Assembly (NCBI RefSeq): GCF_003704095.1
Contig: NW_020845867.1
Span: 434,001 to 498,000, forward strand
Length of the DNA: 64,000 nucleotides
Direction: 5' to 3'
DNA from: Pocillopora damicornis
Taxonomy: Eukaryota
The first letter of the stretch is position 1. The number at the start of each line of letters is the position of its first letter. Under the pieces are notes generated by a model. The model was not told the DNA's origin, made no database searches, and saw nothing but the letters and a program-made list of their open reading frames with translations. Position numbers and translations under genes: made by a program. Of this stretch, positions 50,981-62,420 are shown one piece after another.

Positions 50981-52521
50981 CTTTGATGCGACGTCAGATT
51001 CTCTCCAGTCACCTTTAATTAGCAACGTTGTAGTCTACTTTCGGAAATATCCCAGAGTCGCACTGTTCCTTTGTCATAGAGTCAAGAGACTTAACTAACT
51101 TAACAAAACACTACACCTAAGGCACATCTCCGCACGCCGCTCGTTTTTTTTATGAATTTCAAAATGAAAATTATAGTGATTACCTGAAATGCTCTAAAAA
51201 TTGCAATCTTGAAAAAATAGACTCAGTACAATACCCTCAATTAAACAAAAAGAGATGTTTGAATTATTTAGTCAGCGCCCCACTTCGATATTAGTCATTC
51301 TCTTTGTGATTGTGACAAGTAATAATCACCCCAGCAAGATACGGGAGTCGTCATGCAGCTGACTTAGAAAGAGAAAACATGAAACAAGAAGACGAAAATA
51401 GAAAGTTGGTTCGTTCTACATATTAACACTGTCAGGTGAGTCTTAAACTTATTCATCGATCAGTCATATATTAGTCTTTCTATTGGTCACTGAAAGGTCC
51501 AGATATGACTTGGTGTCACATCGGAGCCTCTCATTCTGTAAGTTATCTCATCCAAGAGATGGTCAAAGATTTGCCCGACCATTTTTTGATGACCAACTTT
51601 AAGGGTCAATTTATTTTTGTGAACAGTGTTAAGAGGACCGAAAGCTAACAGTGGAACTAAACATTTATTTCATGGAAACAACCCTTTTACAGAGAAAACC
51701 TACGGCCCACTGCTTTTGTAAAACCGCGGTTTGGGTTAGACCTCGTGTAAATAACCGTCCCTAGCATTTTGATTTTAAACCGTCAATTACCTGTCAGCAA
51801 GTGTAATTGATACTTGGTGTTTTCATTTATTTGCAAATCAAGAGAAGGGCGTAGAATTCTCATCCGATCACTCCTAAAGCCAAGTGTAAAGGTAACTATT
51901 TCCTTTTTACTATTAATGAAGCCTATTGTGGTACAAAACTCAAAAAAGAAGAAATCAGTGTATCAAACTATGAAATATACAATCCTTTTTTTATCAGGAA
52001 TTTAAAATGCTGAGATCATTAACTTGGGCTCACGCAATTAAAAAAAGTAGAAATGGATCTAATTTATTAAAAACGTAAAGGCAGAGTGAGTCCAATTTGC
52101 ACCACTAGCTTGTTAAAACATCTGCTCTCTTTCATCTGCAATGATACCACGATGTTTTATATTTCCTCTCCCGGATTAGTAACAGACGCTGAAGATAAGA
52201 TAAAATGGTGAAAAGAGGTTAAGTTATATTCCANNNNNNNNNNNNNNNNNNNNNNNNNNNNNNNNNNNNNNNNNNNNNNNNNNNNNNNNNNNNNNNNNNN
52301 NNNNNNNNNNNNNNNNNNNNNNNNNNNNNNNNNTGCAGACGCATTTTCGAAACTATACAATAGTTTAGTACCCTTCGGCTCGATGTTTGGACTGCATTGG
52401 TGAGATTTTGACTTACAAAAACCAGTCCAATTATGACCATATTAAGAGGGTCAATCACCATTGATAATAGATATTTAATATGATCAGTGATTTTAATGTA
52501 CACCCGTGCGAGAACCAACAT

Positions 52522-52611
52522 TGCTTTGACAAAGGGCTAGCACTCGAAACTCTTTACGAAAGCTAATTTACGTTGTCAACTCAGTTGATGATACTAAATT
52601 ACCCTGTTATA

Positions 52612-52648
<37 letters not shown>

Positions 52649-52665
52649 TTTACCCCCTTTATTCA
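52522..52665 (+). mobile_element. Decayed copy of the hammerhead-bearing short repeat
   Basis: TTTGACAAAGGGCTAGCACTCGAAAC...GTCAACTCAGTTGATGATACTAAATTACCCTG matches the reverse complement of 23305-23408. The catalytic box is mutated. Confidence 0.6.
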
Positions 52666-52705
52666 TTAATCTTCCTTTAGCCAATAACTATATTTGAAAT
52701 CCTAG

Positions 52706-55700
52706 GATTCATATTGGAACAGTGAAGAGTTTTCGCGTTCATTCTTCAGAGGCTCCTGGGATGGTTTTTGGTGGTCTTTCATTTCCATGACAACCGTAGG
52801 GTGAGGAGAGCTCTAAGTATTAGGATTTATCCCAAATCTTAATTGAGGTATCAGTTACATATTGATCAGGTGACTTTTCATTTCTTACGATGTATGTATG
52901 TACGATGCAGATTTTCCCCTCTTCTGGCGAGGATCGGGCAAAATTCATGCATTGTACTGCTAGAGTGCTTCCCGAAAATCTGTCACAATGCTTCAGCTTT
53001 AGCTAACTAGTCAGTAAAAGTATAACCACTGACTTTAGACTTCCCATAATCAATTTAGCTTATTAATTCACGACAGGGGAGGTCGAGCAGTTAATCGCAT
53101 ATGCGCTCTCTGAGCTAATGTTCTCCTACCCCCACACGCACACAAAACTGATCACACGTTTTATAAAAACGTATTTTCTGTTTGTTCTTTGCTAGATATG
53201 GAGACAAGGCTCCAAAATCTGTTCTGGCTCGTATATTCTCGGTCATCTGGATCCAGTTTAGCCTTATAATCATGGCTGTCTTCACGGCAAATGTAACATC
53301 TGCATTGACAGCTCTTTCTTTGCATCTAGAACCAACAAGCCTTGATGCCGTTGATGTTAGTGCAGATAATTTGACATTGCATTACATCAGTTATAATGAG
53401 CTATAACAAGGCATCTGTTTTACAACCCTGCCGACTCCAAGAAACTTATATAGAGAATTGTCTCTATTTTAGTAATTGACTATCCATAAAAAACAAGGAC
53501 CATGTAAAAGAAAAAAGTAGCCAAAACGGATAACATAAACTTCCTATCATAGTACGGCACTTTCTACAAATGGGGCTCACTAGACTTAAAACATTTATCT
53601 GTGATTCTTTGTATATGTGCTGTTCTTGGTTTTATTACTAACGTATTTTCTTTGGAGTCTTCCAAGTAAGAAAAGTCATGTGGAATTTAATCTGTCCAAA
53701 TTACCATGAATGTTATTTTGCGCTTTATCCTTAGGTTGCAGTGTTGAGCAATTGAACTGAATACCAATATGCGCTGGAGGAAAATGCACGTCCGAAAGGT
53801 CAATGGGAAATCAATTTAGCTAAACTAGATATTGACATATATAATAAACAGAATTATGAAGTTGTTAATTCTTGGTAACTTTTTGATCTCGGTAATGAAA
53901 TAGAGAAAGATATTTTTTATTTCGTCAATAGCAAAGCAAAAATAAACGATTCTGAGTCCCCATAAGGAGTCGTATCTAAGACTCTGTGGTGAGTTAGGGG
54001 TATAACTTGGTTCAGACAAATGCATGTGATGTGCGTCCTGCATGCTGCTAGGTTCAGTAATGTCAAAAGCGTCGTGTGCATAAACACAATAAGAGAGATA
54101 AAAAATTTAGTCAATGAGTATAACACAAAAAAAAATTATGTTCCTTTTTGTTGCCAAATTGGATTATTTAAAAAAATTATTTTAAGAGACGTCATCTATT
54201 GTTCCGTCTTCGTAGTGTTTAACAGCATCGATGACGCCATTGAAGCACTGGAATCAAAGCAAGTCAACGGAATGTTATTGGACCGCTACGCTGCTTCCTA
54301 TTATCAAAGAGATGGCAAACTGGAATCCCTTATAACTGTAAAGAAGTTAGATCTACAAAGAGACATAGGAGCGCTGTTTCATAACAACCGAAAGGCGCTT
54401 GCCGAGTGCTTAACAAACAATTTCCGCTCAGAGATATGGAGATCGGTTCAAGGCATTACTGACTTATACAAGGTAATCTTTAAAGTAAAGAAAAAAGACA
54501 TAATTTTGGCATCAAATTTCTGGATTCTTTATGCACAGTTCACCGATTTCTCAATACTACGAGTAGAATCAAGTAAAGTTGATAATGTAAGTGGTGCTTG
54601 TGCTGTACGGTAAAGTGCGATATGACAAGCAATGTTAATAACACACGTGAAGTCAGCGGCAGCATTGTAGTAACCGTGTGCCAAGTAAGGAATTAACAAA
54701 CAGACAAACCAACCAAAAAATAACAACTAACCATAAAGCAAAGGATATCATATGTTATTTCATGGTTTCATTTCATAATTAGCTAACACAAGAAAGGCCT
54801 CCGACAAGCTTCAATCTCTTTGACGAATCCTCCCCATTCGTCAGAAATTCCATGTATACATCACTTGGAGTGTTGGCTATTTTGCTTGTTATTGGTATGT
54901 CGTGGGAAGTGCTCATTAGACTGAAAGGAAAAGGAAAACGAAATTTCACCATGCACGTGGGTGAGCGTGTTGATCAATTTTCTTTAAAAGTCAGCTTTAA
55001 TATAAATTAATACATACCACGCAGCTGAAGAGAACTTTTTGCGCGCACTGACTGGCTAATTCGGAAGTGAATAACAAGTACTCTCCACCTCCGAGAGGCA
55101 GATGAGACAAAATCGCGTGTCAGTAGTTTAATGTCCGACCATTTTTCGGTATATTAAAATAAATAACTTGTGTTTTTTATCTTTGGGGTATAAACTAAAT
55201 AATTATTCACCTCAGTGTCGTTAAAAGTGGTGGATATTTACCTCGCCACTTCGCCGCTATGCGGGTATTCGTCACTCTTCACCTCCTCTAAGGTGAATAA
55301 TTGTTAAATAAAAAGTAGAGATCAGCAAAACGGAAATGAAGATGGAAGGCAAGAGATACGCTTGACCAAAATCTTCATCACTGTTCTTAAAGATGAGGGC
55401 CATTTTGGGACGGATTGATAGAGATTCAATCCTTCTGTGTTTCAAAACATTCTTCAAAAAACACTGATATGTAGAGAACTTGTATTGAGCATATTCCCTA
55501 AAAATCTGTTCATATTTGTATTAATTTCAAATAATGAAGATAACTTAAGGAAAAATGTCATTATGTAAATTTAAAAAGTAAAAACCTAAAAATGTTTAAG
55601 AGATTAAAATCGATTCTAATTAAAAAGGCGAACGACGAAGGCAAAAGAAAATATGATATAACATGAAAACTTAAAGAATACTTTACCAGTTGCATTCGAG

Positions 55701-56099
55701 TGAAAAGCTCTCCCCCACGTCTCTGTAGTTATACTGTGTCTCTATAATGAGGGTGAATTACTGGTTTCTACTTGTTGTGAATGCGACTGCAAAGTGAAAA
55801 ACTTTGAAAATAAAAGAGCCTATCACGATAAATGCAATTCATGCTCTGATCGCAGCGACTGTTGAGTACAGCTAGTATCTTCTGGTAACTTCAATGTTTA
55901 ACATTGTACCATGGAACGATAACCGCAGTTTTTAAAATTACGATTTTTCTTTTTCGCAGATGAGGTCATTAATAAAGGACGGGTCTCAGAAGGAGATACA
56001 GTTCGCGCCGAACTTGAAGTAATGCGACGGCTCCTGCGCACCACACAGGAACAGTTTGACAAACTGGAGTCCAAAGTTTTTAACATGAGACTGAAATGA
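52706..56099 (+). pseudogene. Copy D: GluR0-like K+ channel gene with in-frame TGA at 53753-53755; exons 2-7 at 52706-52800, 53196-53355, 53735-53798, 54216-54472, 54783-54960, 55960-56099; exon 1 not seen
   Basis: TTVG|YGDKAP and FTANVTSALT are intact. Exon 4 reads VAVLSN*TEY versus GNGTEY (GGA>TGA). Exon 1 may lie in the gap at ~52234-52333. It could be a null allele or base error rather than a fixed pseudogene. Confidence 0.75.
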
Positions 56100-56130
56100 C
56101 ACTGATCAGAAAAGCTGTTAATCCATGTAA

Positions 56131-56278
56131 CAAATAGATTCCATGTTTCCCTACATTTGTTCAGTAATAGATCACAGGAGGTGCAGCCAATTGTGTCATG
56201 CACCGATGTTCTAACCACATTTTTACGTCTACTGTGATCTTCTATTTCACAGACCTACGGCAACATGGAATCTATTTG
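56131..56278. mobile_element. MITE-like foldback element just after the copy D stop codon
   Basis: 20-bp inverted repeats CAAATAGATTCCATGTTTCC / GGCAACATGGAATCTATTTG (1 mismatch) plus internal AGATCACAG/CTGTGATCT. Confidence 0.7.
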
Positions 56279-57661
56279 ATTTATATGATAAAAAAGCAAA
56301 ATGTTGCTAATGCTGACGTCGTATATTCGTCAATCTTCCCAATGTATCATAAATGAGAACCAGTCAAAACGCAGGTAGTTTTCAGCTTATAATATAGTGC
56401 ATTATCAGCTTTGTTATGAGGATAATTGTTTAGTTAACTGAGATAGTTTTTTCAGTAAGAATGGCACTTCATTTGGAATTTTTCTGGCTTCGATACTCAT
56501 TGGAACTATTTGATCATGAGAAGGAAAGCAAATTCACGAAAATAAGAGATCCTCGCAGCTATGAACACTACTGAGTTACTAGTTGAAATAAGAAATGAAA
56601 AAAACTCTAGGACTGTTAATGTGAACGAGAACATGATCAGTTCAGTAAGAATCCTTTATCTTATGGTGGCGGAGAGATGCTTTGCAACAAGAGCAGCGAC
56701 GAGGCTGAGCATGCATTAATAAGGATAGGAAAGCAGCGAGAGATCTTCTTCAGATGCTGAAACACTTCAACAACCCTGAAACGGAAATAAACAAATTTTC
56801 CACATGATTACAAGAACATGTTATGTAAATTATTACATCTGTCCTTTCTACTAAATACATTTCTAGAATGAGTCCAAACAAAGCCAATGAAGTTGAAAAG
56901 ATAATCTCACAAAAGTTTGCCATATTTTCTCCAAGGCCGAGAATGACTTACAAACGATTTACCTCTCAAATCTATCAAGGAAAACCGGAAAACAAAAGAG
57001 AGGTAGCACATATGTTTCTTGTTTGCATTTAATTGCATTTTAATTTTGCTCTGTATTTGTCGCTGTTGGTTATTTTCCCATAAGAAAATAGTGAAGCATT
57101 GTCTTATAGAAATCCCACAGTTTTCTTTTATGATAAACCAATTTTTTATTTTATGTTTCTCTCCAGAGTTCCGATGCTATTTACAATTTTCGCCTCAAAA
57201 CACCCTTTGCATCTTTGTTAACATGATTGATTTGAATCCCAGGAGTCTCCTTTCATGATTCACGAATTTTAAAGTATTTTAGGATTATTGCTCCTCCCGG
57301 CATGGAAAATGTTTGTCATGATTAAAAGCACGCAATAATCAATGGTTGAACCTTCTAGGATGTTCTCAAATTAACCAACAGATGTTAAACGAAACAATAA
57401 AAGGGCAAATAAAATCTTCAGCGAAGCATTAATTATGTATATAGTAAAGCCCTAAACTCGGATAGCGAAAGCAGTCATACGAATTAAGAGGTAAGCCTAT
57501 TCATACACCGTATCTATTTTCTCATATTTCGAAGAAAGAGATTTCATGTGATATGTCTTTGTTGTGGCGTAGACGCTTCTCTGAAAATGAGTAAGATGTT
57601 GATATATTTACATTTATCGTATGCAATATGATCTTAGCTCCTTTTAGAGCAACAATTGGAA

Positions 57662-60600
57662 ATGGAATGGCGCAACATAATCATAGCTGCCGTATTTCAA
57701 CTCATTTTTGCCACCCTTGTCATCTTGACCACTGCTCTAGAAAGCAATGCGAACAAACCTGATCTGCATCCACTTCTTTCCTTAGCGAGGAAAGATAATA
57801 CAACAGTGAAACTCATGAGAGTAGCGTGGATCTCAAACCCTCCATACACATATTTACCTTCGAACGATTCTACCATTTACGAAGTAATTCATGGATTAAT
57901 ACAAGAAACTTTAATGCGTTACATGACGGTGGAATGTGGTGTGCTTTACGTTCATCCCGTTATATACCAATTTAAAATGTTTCAAGTTCACAGAGAGGAA
58001 ACGTTGATAGATATGATGAGAAAAAATGAGGTGGATTTGGCTTGTCCTGTGCTCGAGCAACAGCATTCTCGGAAATACGGTGAATTTCTTTTTTTCAAAG
58101 TCAGTGACTATCCAGGAACGGACTTCATTCGTGATGATTTTGAAACCAATGCTTTCGCTGTCGTCTTTCAGTCGATACAAAAATCTTGGCCTTTGTTGGC
58201 TATAACTTTGAATCTCACGGCCATTGCTGGGATCATTATGTGGATTCTGGTAAGTTCGTAACACTTCGGTTGTAAAGTAGCATTTTCTCTCTAAAAAGCC
58301 AAGGGTTTGATATCTCTCTTTTGCTTGGAGGGGTGTTGCAATTTTTTAGGGTTGGTTTTGGAAGAAGGATACCACAGAACCCAGAAAGTGCTTTAACCTC
58401 TGCTCTTCCATCGAAGAAACCATTTCATCTCGACAAACAATGGGGTAATTTACCCCTTTTATGAAAACGAGTAAAATCATTTTGTGACCATAACAGCTTG
58501 ATAGAGTAAGGAGCCTATTTTAATCATTGCACCCTCATAAGACGAGTGAATTTAAGTGCAGATACAAACAATTGGTTTTTAATTGTGTCATTCGCTCTAA
58601 GCTTTGATCCACGCAACCTAATCTCGTGACGGTTGATCTTTAGACGCAAACGATTTTACATCGGTGTTAACACTAACTCTTCTATATCTCCCAAGCATCT
58701 TTGGGATGATTCACCCATTTCCTTTATGTGCTTTTTTTTTCCGGAATTAAGGACACATACTGGAACAAAGATGAGTTTCCACGAAAGTTCATTCAAGGGT
58801 CTTGGCAAGGATTCTGGTGGTCGTTCGTCTCTGTCACCACTGTAGGGTGAGATGACAAAACGCGTTTATTTCCTTCTCAAGCTTTTTCCATTTTTTATAG
58901 ATTTTCAATTTAATTATCTTGGCTTTGAGCGAATTTTGCTACTTAAATTCCCCTGAAGTATAGCCTCGGAAGTCGTTTTCTTTTGTGATGCAATTTACAG
59001 TTAAGTTTTTTTATTTGCTTAGTGAGAGTACACGTGATTAAAAATGTAGTAATATACGTATGCTCCAACATACTAAAAATTAAGGTGCTGAAGATGTTTC
59101 TTCTTTCATATGTTAAACAGTGTTAGCTCATTTTCTTTAAATGCTATGCAATTTTTATCATTCAAATCTTAATCCAGCTCGAGAATTGATAAAAAAAAGT
59201 GACTTAAGGTTAGGAAGGACATATTAGTTTGCACCACACTGTGTTTAATGCTTTGAAGTCTGAAACTATAGGCATTGTGTTTAATGATGTTCAACATCAG
59301 TCTACGTTTAGCGTTTTCTCTTTATCAATCAAAGTATGTTTTAAAACAGATACGGTGACAAAGTTCCAAAGTCCATTCCAGCACGACTTTTCTCCACTTT
59401 ATGGATCCTTATTGGAATGATCTTTATGACAATTTTTTCGGCTCACATCACGTCCTCTCTCACGGCTCTTTCACTGGATCTGGAACCAACCAGTCTCGCA
59501 GGTGTTAAGGTTAGAATCCGTAGAAATCACCTTTTTACATTCATGTTCTGAGTAAGGAGCTTACTGTTCCAAATGACCAAACATCTCTCAGTAAAAAAGG
59601 TTGCTATAATTTGCAGTCTAGCGATTTTCTTTTTTCGTTGGTGTATTTGCTATGAAAATTTGTTTCAGTTCGCATGATTGAGATGAAATTACTAATTAAT
59701 TCTAATTTCTGTGATTTCTTTTCAAGGTTTAAAGCAATGTTTTTTTCGGATGGTATTTTACCCACTAGAACACTTTTAGGGAAACATATATCCAACACTC
59801 ACTAGCTGATAATACTCGAAAGTAACGTTCGTTGATCCGTCCGAATCGACCGTCGATTCGATTCGGAATCGTGAAGCAGAAATGATAACCCGCAAACTGA
59901 TGCATTCATGACTCAAGAATATATCATGAGTGGAGAAGGATAAGTGTACTACTAAGTGTATGAATCGTAAATGGGAGTCACGACTTCTGTCGATTCAGGA
60001 GCACTTGAACACTAGGGGGAAAACGATAACCCGCAAAAACATAGTCCGTTTTCTTGAGTGCAATCTTTGCATTGAAACGAAGATCAACATAAAAAGTTCA
60101 TTTTTTTTCCCGTTAGTCTGCTTTTTTCTTTTCTTGTGTTTGTTTGGCTTATTTATTTATTTGTTTTTTGCTGATTTTTTTTTCATTGCTTGTTAGGTTG
60201 CGGTGCTGGGCAATGGAACTGAATACCAACATGCACTTGAGCAAAATGCTCACCCGAAAGGTGACCTCAATAAATAGCCGACTCGACCCAATGAAGAGTG
60301 ACTTACGTCATTTAATGTCAAAGTCGATACTCTATAATAAAAAAGGGGAAATTGAAATATAACATATGTGTAAGAGACTATGCTCGTTGACGCTTATGAC
60401 AGGTGTGATTTGAAATTCTAATGGTAGAATTATAATACGAAACATTGATTATTCTCTAGACTTAACCGTCAATAAGAAGGCAAGCATTTGTATTCCTGAA
60501 AAGAAAAAAAGAAAAAGACAGCTGAATCGTACAAAACTATTCATCTACTATAATTCTTAGGAAATCAATGCCCCCAAGGCCTTTCCGTGATGGCTTAGTA

Positions 60601-62420
60601 ATTGTCCTCAATACTTAAATAACCTTTTTGTCTCAAAATTCTATTCATTTGTTGCGTTTAGTTTACGAAAAAATAGACGAAATCATCAAGGCTGTCAAAA
60701 CAAAGGAAGTAGAAGGAATTTTCTTGGATCGCTACACTGCTTCCTATCACCACTCCAGAGGTGAACTGGAGTCTCTTATCTCTATCAAGAGCTTGGATCT
60801 CTCCAGGGAGATCGGAGTGCTTTTTTCGGAGGACAACAGGGAACTAGCGCGTTGCTTGGAATTTTATCGTCCAAATATCATGATGCTGACTCAAACTGTC
60901 ACTTCTTCTTACAAGGTGGAGTCGCCATAAAAAGTGGCAAGGGTAGTCTATACCTAACAAGGGTAGTCTATACCTAACATACATTATTATCCAGAATTCA
61001 TTTTTTAAGATAATGGAAAAGTAATTGAAACCCCTGATCGTATACCCCTAAGAGACAAATAAACTTATAAAATTTTTAGTTCATAATTACATGTCACTGG
61101 AATAGTTCATTTTATAGTGGTGTACTTAGTTGCCAAGCCTTTGATTTGGAGTGAGGCTGAAGGTGACCTTGTTGTGATAGAGACCGGTATCTGGTTAGCA
61201 TGATAACAAAGAAATTTACCAAACCAAACCTAAACCAAACAGAGCGCATCCATCTCCTCCACATCAACTCTACTAACATTTCATTGCCCTTCTATTTAGT
61301 TTTTTAATTTTTTCTTCTGCCTTGTACTCGTTTAGTTTTGACGGATAAACGAAATTCCAGTTAACCCAATGGCATTTAGTTAGTCTAACTTAATCTCGCC
61401 CTTTCATTCAATTTGTATTTCCTTTATAACAAACTGAAATCCAACCCGAGTTCTGCAACGAGAGCGTAACTAAGCTCAGCGTAACTGTACCACATCTCAA
61501 GGACATAGGTAAAAAGACACAAACGTGCATTGAATTATATTCACAAGATCATCTAAAAACCAACTTTTATCTTTTTCAGCTGATGGAACAAAAGCGAACA
61601 AGGAAAGTCAATTTGTTCGACACGTCTTCCTCATTTCTTAGTGTTTTCATGTACACAACCCTCGGCATACTTACTGGTTTGCTTATGACTGGGACACTCT
61701 GGCAAATTCTCAGAAATAACTGCAAGACTGAAATCAATAATAACATTATTTCAGGTAAGTGTGCCGCTGTCCATAAGAAACGCACCCGCTCAATGGCTAG
61801 TGCGCTGAATTCGAGGTCGAGAGGTCCACCTGAATGACGTAACCGAGTCACTGTGTGGTTTTCGTGGGAAGGACTCTTTACTCTCTCCACTAAGGAGTAT
61901 GAATGGGAATCGGTGAGATTTCAGGGAATCTTGACGAAATGATTAAGGAAAACCTTCCTGTGGCAACATGCTACAGAAACCAGCTAAATGAGCCAATCGA
62001 ATCGACTCAACCAGATATCGCTCTACAGCAGTTAAAGCACTCTTTTTTTCTATCAATACTTGTCACTTGGGTAAAGTCGTCATTTTTCTTTTGAATACTT
62101 CTGCAAAAATTCTTGAAAGCCGTTTCCTGTCGACTGCTGTCGCTTCCAGTGCACACCACAGCAAACAAAAGAAAGCAAAGCAAGCTTTAATTCGTTTAGA
62201 TTATCGTTGCGATAAAATACTCCATTATGAACTTTGTTTCCTCGATGACGGACATGATTGTGGGCCCTATTTCTTTTTATGTCTCTCAGTAGAGCCAGTG
62301 AAGGAATGGAAGCTAAGAAGAAGCGAAGCCATCCAAGAAGACTTGGAAACAGCAAAAAGAATGCTATACCAAATCCAAAAGCACTTCGAGAAACTCGAAG
62401 CTGAAGTTCTCAGAATATGA
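57662..62420 (+). CDS. Copy E: GluR0-like ligand-gated K+ channel, ~488 aa, exons 57662-58249, 58752-58846, 59350-59509, 60197-60260, 60662-60915, 61580-61754, 62290-62420
   Basis: Same exon phases. WISNPPY, FWWSFVSVTTVG|YGDKVP, FSAHITSSLT, GNGTEY, IFLDRY, M4 VFMYTTLGILTGLLMTGTLW, tail LYQIQKHFEKLEAEVL. Confidence 0.9.

Noticed and set aside
34685-62420. Annotation as ordinary Kv/K2P/Kir channels or as bacterial contamination
   Set aside because: There is no S4 voltage sensor and only one pore loop. A signal peptide and split binding domain flank the pore. Six conserved spliceosomal introns and animal neighbours exclude contamination.
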